DNA of 64,000 nucleotides from Candidatus Hadarchaeota archaeon (GTDB lineage Archaea; Hadarchaeota; Hadarchaeia; Hadarchaeales; JAGGTB01): NCBI GenBank assembly GCA_964384105.1, contig CAYLJV010000001.1, positions 416,001 to 480,000 of the forward strand, read 5' to 3'. Shown piece by piece: positions 19,825 to 28,890 of this stretch (position 1 is its first letter; each line of letters starts with the position of its first letter). The notes under the pieces were generated by a model. It saw only the letters and a program-made list of their open reading frames with translations, ran no database searches and was not told where the DNA came from. The position numbers and the translations under genes were made by a program.

Positions 19825-20757
19825 GTGATAACTTTACTTTCTGGTGGTACAGGTACTCCGAAGCTTTTGCAGGGTTTGAAAAATTTGATTCCGGAAGAGG
19901 ACATATCGGTTGTTGTAAATACCGGGGAGGACGTTGAGGTTTCGGGCCTAAGAGTTTCTCCCGATTTAGATACTGTGATTTATACACTTGCAGGGATTAT
20001 CGATGACGAGAATTGGTATGGGATTGAGGGTGATTCTTTTTGCCTCCATAGGATGTTGAGCAGGCTCGGGCACGATGAAATTTTGAGGATAGGAGATAAG
20101 GATAGGGCGGTTCAGCTTTATAGAACATTTAGGATGAGCGAAGGAGCGTCTCTATCCGAAGTTACAGAAGAGATATGTGATAGCCTCGGTGTTAAGGCGA
20201 AAGTTATTCCCATGTCTGATGATAGGGTTAAGTCAAAAATTGTAACGGAGGGTGAAACGATTTCCTTTCACGAGTTTTGGGTAACTAGGAGGGGTAAAGT
20301 GAATGTTAAGGATGTTGTTTTTGTTGATTCAGATAAGGCCGAGCCCGCTCCGGGTGTATTAGAGGCGCTAGGTGATTCAGATCATATAGTCATTGGACCG
20401 AGCAATCCGGTTACCAGTCTAGGACCGATTCTTTCCGTTAAAAGGATTAAATCTTTTCTGAAAGGCTGTAAAGATAAGGTCGTCGCTATAAGCCCTTTAC
20501 TGGCCGACAAACCGGTCAGCGGGCCTGCGGGGGTTTTGATGAAAGGTCTAGGATATGAGGTGAGTCCGGTGAGTGTTGCAAATATTTACAAGGATTTCGT
20601 AGATTCGTTTTTTATACATGATGAAGATAAAGACTTGAAGCCAGAAATAGAGAGCTTAGGTTTGAATGTTTTTGTAACGGATATTCTAATGCCTGACCTT
20701 TCTTCTAGAGTAAATCTGAGTAAGAAATTACTCGATTTTTTGGATTACAGAAAATAA
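19825..20757 (+). CDS. cofD: 2-phospho-L-lactate transferase
   Basis: LSGGTGTPKLL.G, VNTGED, SPDLDTV.Y, IGD.DRA, GPSNPVTS.GP. Confidence 0.95.
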   Translation: MITLLSGGTGTPKLLQGLKNLIPEEDISVVVNTGEDVEVSGLRVSPDLDTVIYTLAGIIDDENWYGIEGDSFCLHRMLSRLGHDEILRIGDKDRAVQLYRTFRMSEGASLSEVTEEICDSLGVKAKVIPMSDDRVKSKIVTEGETISFHEFWVTRRGKVNVKDVVFVDSDKAEPAPGVLEALGDSDHIVIGPSNPVTSLGPILSVKRIKSFLKGCKDKVVAISPLLADKPVSGPAGVLMKGLGYEVSPVSVANIYKDFVDSFFIHDEDKDLKPEIESLGLNVFVTDILMPDLSSRVNLSKKLLDFLDYRK

Positions 20758-20781
20758 AAAAATAAAAGAAAGAGGTCGGTC

Positions 20782-20997
20782 TTATTCGACCGATATAGCA
20801 TCTACTGGACAGCTGTCTGCTCCTGTTTCGGTGCAGTCAATATCGTCGGGTACTTCTCCTTCAGAAGGGTCGTCACCTTGGTATTCTTCTACTAATTGAG
20901 CCTTACCGTTGTCACCCATTTCGTAGACATCTCCGCAAAGAGCTTCGCAGGTTCCACATCCAGTACAAGTTTCTTGATCAATAATCACTTTTACCAT
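20782..20997 (-). CDS. fdx: Ferredoxin (single cluster type)
   Basis: CTGCGTC...CPVDAI; GAGGTG SD. Confidence 0.9.
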   Translation of the reverse strand: MVKVIIDQETCTGCGTCEALCGDVYEMGDNGKAQLVEEYQGDDPSEGEVPDDIDCTETGADSCPVDAISVE

Positions 20998-21116
20998 TTG
21001 TAGTCCACCTCTTTTTTCAGAGGTTCGTTTTTTTACATTTAAGTTTAATCTTACTTTCGCAGAATAGTTTATAATTAGGTTCTTTGGATTTTGTGAAAAG
21101 ATTTAATTTTTTAGGA

Positions 21117-22160
21117 TTAAGAGATTTTCCGATAACCGTTTTTTTCGATCATGCTTTTTACAAGATTCTCGATCTTTTGGCTCATGAATTTAGAATTTTT
21201 GGCGAATTCGGGGTATATGGGGAGTCTCTCCTTTAGTTTAAATCTGGATTTAGATAATTCCGATTTTATTTCTTCTATTTTGGGCCATGGATTTTCGGGG
21301 TTAATATAGTCATGAGTTATGGGAGATATTCCCCCTAGATCGTTTACACCAACCTCCAAAAGATCCATAAGATTTTCCGTAAGGTTTGGGGGGACTTGGA
21401 GGCTCATTTTAGGCATTATATTTTTGGCGAGATTTATGGTGTTCAAAATATCTATGTGGTCAGGCGGATCTTTGTTTTCCATCTGGGTTCCTTTTTTTGG
21501 AATGAATGGTTGTATAATCACCTCTTGTATATGCCCGTGCTTTTCTTGGATTTTTCTGATTTCCATCAAGGATTTAACTCTATCTTTCCAGCTCTCTCCT
21601 ATCCCAACCAGTATGCCAGTGGTGAAGGGTATATTCATTTCCCCTGCCTTTTCTATCATGGCCAGCCTAGTTTCTGGGTCTTTCCCTGGGCTGTCTTTGT
21701 GGACTGGGAGTTCTGTGGCGCATTCGAGCATTAAACCCATACTCGCGCAGCACTTTTTTAATCGAGTCATTTCGCTTTCTTCTATCACTCCGGGATTTAC
21801 ATGGGGTAGTAGCCCGACATCTAGAATTTTGCTAGAAAGGTGGACCAAGTAGTCTATAGTAGTCGAATAACCCTGTTTCTCAAGCCATTTTTCCATCATT
21901 TTATATGTTTCTGGGCGCTCTCCAAGGGTTACCATAGCTTCGCTACAACCTTTTTTTAGTCCTTTCTTCGTGAGGTCCAATACTTCTTTTTCAGACAGAA
22001 TCCAAGCGCCCGAATCTGGAGTCTTTTTGAAACCGCAATATGCGCATTTATTCCTGCAGAGGTTTGTAATAGGCAGGAACACATTTTTTGAGTAACTGAT
22101 TATTCGCTTGTTTTCTTTCGAAATATTTTTACTAGCTGGTATTTTTTGTTCTGATTCCAA
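21117..22160 (-). CDS. cofG: FO synthase subunit CofG (radical SAM)
   Basis: YSKNVF.P.T..CRN.C.YC, LLPH.NPG, SMGLMLE, FTTGILVGIGE, Q.PPNL, DLGGISP.T.D.INPE..WP. Confidence 0.95.
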   Translation of the reverse strand: MESEQKIPASKNISKENKRIISYSKNVFLPITNLCRNKCAYCGFKKTPDSGAWILSEKEVLDLTKKGLKKGCSEAMVTLGERPETYKMMEKWLEKQGYSTTIDYLVHLSSKILDVGLLPHVNPGVIEESEMTRLKKCCASMGLMLECATELPVHKDSPGKDPETRLAMIEKAGEMNIPFTTGILVGIGESWKDRVKSLMEIRKIQEKHGHIQEVIIQPFIPKKGTQMENKDPPDHIDILNTINLAKNIMPKMSLQVPPNLTENLMDLLEVGVNDLGGISPITHDYINPENPWPKIEEIKSELSKSRFKLKERLPIYPEFAKNSKFMSQKIENLVKSMIEKNGYRKIS

Positions 22161-22244
22161 AAGTCCACCATGAGAGTTACTCTTTTTTATTATCTAAAAA
22201 ACATCTGATAAATGATCTAATTTAAAATCTGTAAGCTTAAAGTT

Positions 22245-22688
22245 TTGATCGGTTTTGATCCGGATTTGTTGCTTATGAGAAAAGAAAAGGCATTGTGGAT
22301 ATTTGGGGAGGAGGTAGGAGAGAGAGGCGTAATAGATTGGCTTAAAGCCCATACATCCTTCCTTAAACCTTTGCATCGTTATGAAGGCGAGATCGGCATA
22401 GAAGATGAGAAACTCAAACTTGATGGTAGAAATACAAAGAGCGATGAAGATTTTTCCTTGGAAATTCCAAGAAAAAAGGTACTATATGTTAACCATGGAT
22501 ATGATGAAGTTTTTAAAAGAGGTGAAGAGCGTTCGCTAGGCCTGGGTCTTAAACCTCTACTGATAGAATATGAGGATAATAAAGAGGAAAAGAAACTCTA
22601 TCTTTTTGTGAACTTTAGCAGATTTCCTAGAACTAGTGATAATAGCGAATGGTTCAATTATCTCATAGATTGGATTGATAAGGAGTAA
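22245..22688 (+). CDS. Hypothetical protein
   Basis: 147-aa ORF with plausible codon usage; no recognised motif; start uncertain. Confidence 0.6.
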   Translation: MIGFDPDLLLMRKEKALWIFGEEVGERGVIDWLKAHTSFLKPLHRYEGEIGIEDEKLKLDGRNTKSDEDFSLEIPRKKVLYVNHGYDEVFKRGEERSLGLGLKPLLIEYEDNKEEKKLYLFVNFSRFPRTSDNSEWFNYLIDWIDKE

Positions 22689-22771
22689 TTAATAGATTGA
22701 TTTTCGGCTTTTCTCAATTAATTAAGAGTTATATATACTTCTTGAAGATTGAAGAGTATGGGTGAATAGTC

Positions 22772-22951
22772 ATGAATTTGTTACTAATTGTTGCATTCTT
22801 AGTTGCTATGGTTGGAGCTTTCTCAGGTTTTTTTAAAGTGACTAAAAATTCTTCTTTCAATATTTCCTTTAGGAAGAAGGTAACATCGATTCTCTCAGGG
22901 ATACTTTTCATATTGGCTGGTATTACAGCCCTGTGGCTTGGCATAACATAG
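22772..22951 (+). CDS. Small two-TM membrane protein (59 aa; not in ORF track)
   Basis: GGTGA SD at 22761; MNLLLIVAFLVAMVGAFSGFF...ILSGILFILAGITALWLGIT*. Confidence 0.6.
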   Translation: MNLLLIVAFLVAMVGAFSGFFKVTKNSSFNISFRKKVTSILSGILFILAGITALWLGIT

Positions 22952-22992
22952 ATATTGGATACTTTGTTCTATTTTCGTCAATTCTCTCTTCA

Positions 22993-23481
22993 CTAGGACA
23001 AAACTATTTTCATTTCTTCAATGAAATTAGGTGAAAGATATTTTTCGGCTTGCTTGAGTTTTACCCATTTGTATTTTTCGTGCTCCCAGCTAAGTTCTAT
23101 TTCTGGCTTTTCTTTCAGTTCTGCTAACAGAAGAAATGATGTGTATTCTTTATTTTCTTTTTTCGATTGCCATTCGTATCTTCCTTTCTTTTCTATCGAG
23201 AGAATCTTGTCTTTCTCTATTCCGGTTTCTTCTTTAATCTCTTTAAGGCCCATTTTTATTATCGGTTCTAATTCGTCAAGATAACCTGATACAAGGCCCC
23301 ACTTTTGAGGACAGGCATCTACTTTTTCACTCCTTTTTAAAATCAAAATTTCCTCTCCGTGTTTAAGAAAAACTACGACTGCGAGAGGTCTTTCAGCATT
23401 TGAGTAGTCAATCCTTCCGTCTTCAAAATGGGGCAGCTTTTTATTGGCTTTCTTAACGACTTCGGGGATTCTTGGGTCCAT
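22993..23481 (-). CDS. NUDIX hydrolase
   Basis: ILILKRS, SGYLD.......KEIKEETG Nudix box, LSWEH..Y.W. Confidence 0.88.
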   Translation of the reverse strand: MDPRIPEVVKKANKKLPHFEDGRIDYSNAERPLAVVVFLKHGEEILILKRSEKVDACPQKWGLVSGYLDELEPIIKMGLKEIKEETGIEKDKILSIEKKGRYEWQSKKENKEYTSFLLLAELKEKPEIELSWEHEKYKWVKLKQAEKYLSPNFIEEMKIVLS

Positions 23482-23574
23482 GGTTATCTCACTTCTATTC
23501 TCAGTTACTTTCCTTAACTTTAAGAGAATGCGATTTTTATTTGATTGTAATACGTTTTCTAAGAGGAGTGAAGA

Positions 23575-24204
23575 ATGAAAACCAGAATTATAATCCCTCA
23601 AAAGTCGTTAAGAGAATCGAAATCTTCGTTTTCGGAAGTTTTTACAGAGGTGCAGCGTCAAAATTTTGTAGTTTCCATGCTCAGAGATATGATAAATGCG
23701 TGTTCGCAGGTTGAAGGGGTCGACTTGGCTGTTGTTTCACCGGACGAAGAAATTCTCAATTTATTTGAAGAGGAAGGTTTTGCTGCCATTTCTGAGCCAG
23801 ATATTGGTCTGAATAGAGCTCTTGATCTTGCGATAAGCAGATCTGTTGACTCAGGTTTCGGAGAAATTCTTATTTTTCCCGGAGATTTGCCTTTGCTAAA
23901 GAAAAATGATGTAGAGGGAATATTGGAATTAGCATCCGGAGAAAAGAGTGTTATAATTACACCTTCAAAAGAAGGTGGAACCAATGCTTTACTGCTTAGG
24001 CCACCGGATTTAATGGACTTATATTTTGGAGGAAAGAGTTTTACCGATCACATGAAGGAAGCTAAGAGGAGAGGAGTTTTACCGAAGGTATATCGTTCTG
24101 AGAGGGTAGAGAGAGACATGGACAAACCGGCTGATTTGTTGAAGTTGGAAACGTTGGGAAAGGGAACTAGAACTCATTCCTTCTTTAGATTTTTGAAGAA
24201 GTGA
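23575..24204 (+). CDS. cofC: 2-phospho-L-lactate (PEP) guanylyltransferase
   Basis: IIP.K.L..SKS, ML.D, GLN.AL, GDLPL, GGTNAL, FG..SF..H, D.D.P.DL. Confidence 0.92.
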   Translation: MKTRIIIPQKSLRESKSSFSEVFTEVQRQNFVVSMLRDMINACSQVEGVDLAVVSPDEEILNLFEEEGFAAISEPDIGLNRALDLAISRSVDSGFGEILIFPGDLPLLKKNDVEGILELASGEKSVIITPSKEGGTNALLLRPPDLMDLYFGGKSFTDHMKEAKRRGVLPKVYRSERVERDMDKPADLLKLETLGKGTRTHSFFRFLKK

Positions 24205-24319
24205 TTAAGAGAGTGTATGGGGCGAGTTGGTCCCAAAAACTACCATTTTTGATAGTTTTTTAAGAGATTCGAAATGAAATTATTTTACGGATTATTGATA
24301 CTATCCTTTGATGAGTTAG

Positions 24320-25051
24320 ATGAGGGCAAAGCTGGTTCTGGAAAGTAATGAAGTTCTTCTCCCATACAATTACAATTATCACCTTTCCTCGGCTATTTAC
24401 TCTGCCTTTGAAAATGCTGATCCTGATTTGGCTGATTATCTTCATCGATCGAAGGAGATAAAACTCTATACCTTTTCGAGGTTGCTTATTCAAAAAAGGA
24501 AAGTTAAAGAAGACGGGTTGCTAATAGAAGGGCCAGTACATCTCTACATTTCTACCGGTAAGGAGCTAATAATGAAGGCCGGGATCGAAGGAGCATTATC
24601 AAAAGGAAAGTTAAGGGTCGGAGATGTAGAATTTCTGATAAGGTCCATCGAGATTCTTGAAAAACCAAATTTTTCGAAGGCTTTGGATGGCTATATCGAG
24701 GGTAAAACTCTCTCACCTGTAAATACCACAACTAAGAGAATGAAAGATGGTGAGTTGAAGTCCTGGGACCTTTATCCGGACGATATTCAGTTCTATGAAA
24801 ATCTGAGAAGGAATCTGTTGAAAAAATATGAGATGATTCATGGTGAGAAACCGGAGGACCGATATTTCGACCTGAAGATAAGGGAATTCAAAAAGGAAAG
24901 AGTGAAAATACGAAATACGATGCATCGTGCCTCGACCTTTCACTTTCACTTGAGAGGTTCCCCAAAATTGATTAAGACAGCCTACGATTGCGGATTGGGG
25001 GAGAAGAACTCGATGGGTTTTGGGTGTATTGAGGTGGTTGGTTATTCTTAA
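24320..25051 (+). CDS. cas6: CRISPR-associated endoribonuclease Cas6
   Basis: P.NYNY, LH, K.YTFS, GLGEKNSMGFG glycine-rich loop. Confidence 0.96.
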   Translation: MRAKLVLESNEVLLPYNYNYHLSSAIYSAFENADPDLADYLHRSKEIKLYTFSRLLIQKRKVKEDGLLIEGPVHLYISTGKELIMKAGIEGALSKGKLRVGDVEFLIRSIEILEKPNFSKALDGYIEGKTLSPVNTTTKRMKDGELKSWDLYPDDIQFYENLRRNLLKKYEMIHGEKPEDRYFDLKIREFKKERVKIRNTMHRASTFHFHLRGSPKLIKTAYDCGLGEKNSMGFGCIEVVGYS

Positions 25052-26909
25052 ACAAGTGAAAAAAATTGGGGAATTTGCCATCAATCATCAGGGACTTGAA
25101 CCACTTGAGGTTATAGTAGATCAACCGATTAATGAAAGAGCAATCAGTAAAAAAAGTGCTAAAGTTATATGTGTAGACTTTACTCGAAACAATAATGATT
25201 CTTTAAATTATAATGGTGTTCATACAGAAGACTATGATTTATCAAAATTGACTAAATATCTTTATCGCGATCACCCTTCACATAGATTTAGAATTACACC
25301 TACTGACAAGATCAGCACTTTGGAAAAAACATTTCGGCGAGTTGTATATTGGTTTAGAAAATTTGATGAGTATCTTTCATATGACCTTGTTAATGATTTG
25401 AAAAATGAATTGATTGAAGAGAATAAAATAAAAGAAAGAATTTTTTTGGACGTAGAGAGAATATATAATTCGTTAGGCTCAGATGCTAAAGATAATTGTA
25501 TACTTACTTTTACTTTCCAAACTAAAAAAGGCCAGAAATATCTTGGTGACTTTGAGATATTTACTACTATTTTAAAGGAAGAGGGTATGAACGAGTTTTG
25601 GGCATCGGGTGTACCTTTAAAACCAGGAACTTGTTATCTATGTGAAGAAGAAAAGGAAGTTTCAAGACCTAGAGAACCGTTTTCCTTTTATACTGTGAAC
25701 GTTAGAGGGTTTGCTCAGGATTTTAGCGTTAAAGATTCATGGAAACAATTACCGGTTTGTTCAGACTGCACTCTTATGTTAGAGGCTGGCAGGAATTTTA
25801 TGGATGTCTATCTCTCTAAACGTTTTTATGGTTACAGGTTCTACGTTTTGCCAGCTTTCATTTTTGGAGAAATAAAAGAGGATATCATGCAAGATATCAT
25901 TAATTTGAAGGAGGAGAAATATGAAGATTCCCTACTTAGTGAAGAATATGATTTATCTTATTATATGAAAGATAGAGAAGATATCGTTAATTTGATTTTT
26001 ATTTTTTATGAAGTAAAGCAAGGAGGAGAAAACTTTGATATCTTAAAGTATATTGAGGATGTTCCACCATCTTGGATAAAAAAAATAATCAATGTATTTG
26101 AAGATGTGAATTTGAAGAATATTTTCAATGAAGAATCGTTAAGGGAAATTTTTGGTAGGAAGTGGGAAGGGAGATTTATAAAAGGTGTTTATAAAGGTGA
26201 GAAAAGAAAGTATATGACTCTTGGTGGAATGCTCAGAGAATTTTTCCCGAGTTCTAAGATATCAGGAGTACACGATAAGGAATTTGTAGACATTGTCGGG
26301 AATATTTTATCTAAACAAAAATTTCAAGAGGATATTTTGATTAAAGCGTTTGTGAGGGAAATCAGAAATAGCCACGCTAATGATAATTGGAATGAAAAGC
26401 TATTAAGTTTGAAATCACTTTATTTATTGGATACAATTAAAAGATTAAATCTTCTCGATGGTAGCATGAATAAAAAAGAGGGTAAAACAGAGAAATGGTC
26501 AGAGCAGAGCAAAAGTGAGATAGAGCGGTTTTTCAATGATTTTTCAAAAGTATTCAATACAAGTTCGAAAAGAGCGGTTTTTCTAGAAGGTGTTTTGACT
26601 CGGTTCTTGTTGGATATACAGAGTCGAGAAAGGAATTCCACTCCGTTTAGGTCAAAATTGAGAGGTTTACGTCTGGATGAAAATAAGATAAAGATTTTAT
26701 TTCCAGAAATAACTGAAAAGCTGAGACAATATGAAGCACCATATTACTCTTGGCTTGAGGAGATGATTTCACAATGCTTTATTGAGGCAGATGATAGTGG
26801 TTGGAATATTAATAAAAATGAAATTAGCTATTACTTCGCTTTAGGATTGAACTTAGGAAGGACGTTCAAAAGAAAGAAAAAGAATGAGGGAGGTGGAGAA
26901 GATAAGTGA
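25038..26909 (+). CDS. cas8b: Type I-B large subunit Cas8b (TM1802/Csh1 family); start may be ATT 25044
   Basis: Lies between cas6 and cas7; CYLC and CSDC zinc motifs; C-terminal FLEGVL...Q...R...PF..KL, F.LG. Confidence 0.88.
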   Translation: MVILKQVKKIGEFAINHQGLEPLEVIVDQPINERAISKKSAKVICVDFTRNNNDSLNYNGVHTEDYDLSKLTKYLYRDHPSHRFRITPTDKISTLEKTFRRVVYWFRKFDEYLSYDLVNDLKNELIEENKIKERIFLDVERIYNSLGSDAKDNCILTFTFQTKKGQKYLGDFEIFTTILKEEGMNEFWASGVPLKPGTCYLCEEEKEVSRPREPFSFYTVNVRGFAQDFSVKDSWKQLPVCSDCTLMLEAGRNFMDVYLSKRFYGYRFYVLPAFIFGEIKEDIMQDIINLKEEKYEDSLLSEEYDLSYYMKDREDIVNLIFIFYEVKQGGENFDILKYIEDVPPSWIKKIINVFEDVNLKNIFNEESLREIFGRKWEGRFIKGVYKGEKRKYMTLGGMLREFFPSSKISGVHDKEFVDIVGNILSKQKFQEDILIKAFVREIRNSHANDNWNEKLLSLKSLYLLDTIKRLNLLDGSMNKKEGKTEKWSEQSKSEIERFFNDFSKVFNTSSKRAVFLEGVLTRFLLDIQSRERNSTPFRSKLRGLRLDENKIKILFPEITEKLRQYEAPYYSWLEEMISQCFIEADDSGWNINKNEISYYFALGLNLGRTFKRKKKNEGGGEDK

Positions 26910-28038
26910 GATAAAAAACCGATCCGAGATAGTTTTTTTGTATGACGTGAGTGATGCAAATCCAAATGGAGACCCGCTAGATGAGGATAAACCAAGAATT
27001 GACACTCAGACAGATCAAAATATTGTTACAGACGTGAGGTTGAAACGGACTATAAGAGACTATTTGCGGGATTTCAAAGACCAGAGTATATTCATACAGA
27101 GCGAAAAAGTAGTCGAAAAAGGAGAGGAACTTATAAAATCTAGAGGGAGGAAACTCGAAGAAGAACTTATCGAACTACTTGCCGAAGAAGAGCTAGAAAA
27201 TGAGGAGAAAGAACAATTAGAGAGTGAAATACACAGTATTTTGAGTGAAAATAAAGCTAAAAAAAGGAAGGAGAAGTTTTTAAATTGTCTAAAAGATGAA
27301 AAAGAGTTCAAAGATGTTTATGAGAGATTTGAGGAGCTTAGGACCACTGTAATAAAAGAAAAAGTGCTTGACAAGTTCTTAGACCTGAGATTATTTGGCT
27401 GTACTTTGGCTGTTCAAAACATTAAGGTCCAGCAGACGGGACCAGTACAATTTAAATTTGGAAGGTCTCTTCATAAAGTTGATTACGACTTTTACAAAGG
27501 TTCAATAACAATGCCGGTGGAACCCGGCCGTGGAAAAGAGAAGGGAAAGAAGCAAGCTGAATTTTCTCAGGAGTATCGACTTCCTTATTCGTTGATCAGT
27601 TTTTATGGCATAATTAACGAAAATACTGCAAAATATACTGGACTCACTGAGGAGGATATAGACCTATTGATGGATGGGTTGTGGAACGGAACAAAAAATT
27701 TGATCACTCGTTCTAAGGTAGGACAGGTTCCACGGTTATTGATGAGAGTGGTTTACAATGAAGACAATTACCACATTGGTGATTTAGACAAAAAGATAAG
27801 GATCGTTGGTCCCAAAGGTGAAGAACTAAATGAGGAAGAACAGAAAAGAATCAGAAGCGTTAACGATTACATACTGAACATCGATAAACTGATAGAATCA
27901 TTAAAAGAAAACAAAGAGAGTATTGCCAAAATCGATTTGAACTATGACACTAGTCTTACTTTTGATATACCTGAGGGAAAAAAACTTGAAGAGTATATGG
28001 GAGATATTGAAACCGAAGTAAACGATCTAGAAATTTAG
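26884..28038 (+). CDS. cas7: Type I-B Cas7b (Csh2); start may be ATA 26902
   Basis: NRSEI.FLYD..DANPNGDP, PRID, TDVRLKRTIRDY, D.RLFG, TGPVQF, TRSK.GQ.PR. Confidence 0.95.
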   Translation: MREVEKISEIKNRSEIVFLYDVSDANPNGDPLDEDKPRIDTQTDQNIVTDVRLKRTIRDYLRDFKDQSIFIQSEKVVEKGEELIKSRGRKLEEELIELLAEEELENEEKEQLESEIHSILSENKAKKRKEKFLNCLKDEKEFKDVYERFEELRTTVIKEKVLDKFLDLRLFGCTLAVQNIKVQQTGPVQFKFGRSLHKVDYDFYKGSITMPVEPGRGKEKGKKQAEFSQEYRLPYSLISFYGIINENTAKYTGLTEEDIDLLMDGLWNGTKNLITRSKVGQVPRLLMRVVYNEDNYHIGDLDKKIRIVGPKGEELNEEEQKRIRSVNDYILNIDKLIESLKENKESIAKIDLNYDTSLTFDIPEGKKLEEYMGDIETEVNDLEI

Positions 28039-28049
28039 TGGAGTTGCAG

Positions 28050-28763
28050 ATGGAGAAAGTAATCGTATTCGATATATGGGGTGATTATGCTCACTTCAAA
28101 AAAATTGAGACTACAACATCTCCTTTGACTTACTCTATACCTACAGGAACTGCGTTGGCTGGTTTGATTGCAGGGATGATGGGGTATAATAGAGATTCTT
28201 ATTACGATGATTTTTCAAGAGAAAACATAGAGTTTTCTGTAAAATTAGTCAATCCAGTAAATAAAATCAGGGTCAATCAAAACATTATCAATACAGCTAA
28301 CCCACCATACTTTAATCTTTATGATCAGGAAAATCCAAGAACACAAATTCCATATGAATATTTGAGTGAACCGAAGTACAGAGTTTACTTAGGCTTGAAA
28401 GATATAGAGACCTTTGAAAATTTGGCCGATAATCTAAAGGAACATAAAACCATCTATACCCCATTTTTGGGGCTTAGCGAACATATAGCTGATTTCGAAT
28501 TTGTCGGTGAGTATGAGGTGGTGAGAAAAGAAAAAGGAGATGTAAAAATCGACTCAGTACTCCCTAAAAAAAGAGTTGAGATTAAGTTGAGCGAAATAAA
28601 AGAGGGGATGAGATGGATGATAGAAACTATTCCGATGTATATGAATGAGGAAAGAATCGTTAAAGAATATTCTGAGATAATCTTCGATTCCAACGGATTA
28701 TCTGTTCCTTTAGAAGAGGCTGAGTATTATGAAATCGGAGAAGATAACGTAATTTTTCTATAG
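28050..28763 (+). CDS. cas5: Type I-B Cas5b
   Basis: FDIWGDYAHFKK.ETTTSPLTY..P..T...G, YTP.LG. Confidence 0.95.
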   Translation: MEKVIVFDIWGDYAHFKKIETTTSPLTYSIPTGTALAGLIAGMMGYNRDSYYDDFSRENIEFSVKLVNPVNKIRVNQNIINTANPPYFNLYDQENPRTQIPYEYLSEPKYRVYLGLKDIETFENLADNLKEHKTIYTPFLGLSEHIADFEFVGEYEVVRKEKGDVKIDSVLPKKRVEIKLSEIKEGMRWMIETIPMYMNEERIVKEYSEIIFDSNGLSVPLEEAEYYEIGEDNVIFL

Positions 28764-28855
28764 TTTGTGTTAGATAATGAGCAGGCATGAAATGGATATA
28801 ACATCAGAAAGTAAAACTAATTGGATAATATCAGACCCGACGATTGTGTTGCAAT
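28763..28855 (+). ncRNA. Candidate CRISPR-like mini-array (degenerate repeat, 30-nt spacer, degenerate repeat)
   Basis: ...GCAGGCATGAAAT (ends 28793) matches the repeat 3' end GTAGGATTGAAAT at 10/13; second unit GATAATATCAGAC...TTGCAAT (28824-28855) shares ATCAGAC and TTG.AAT. Confidence 0.45.
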
Positions 28856-28890
28856 GATAATAATTAAAATATAGCTTGTTGAGAATAAAA

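Noticed and set aside
16927-24204. Methanogenesis inferred from mer and F420 genes
   Set aside because: No mcr or mtr here; these genes also occur in non-methanogenic archaea
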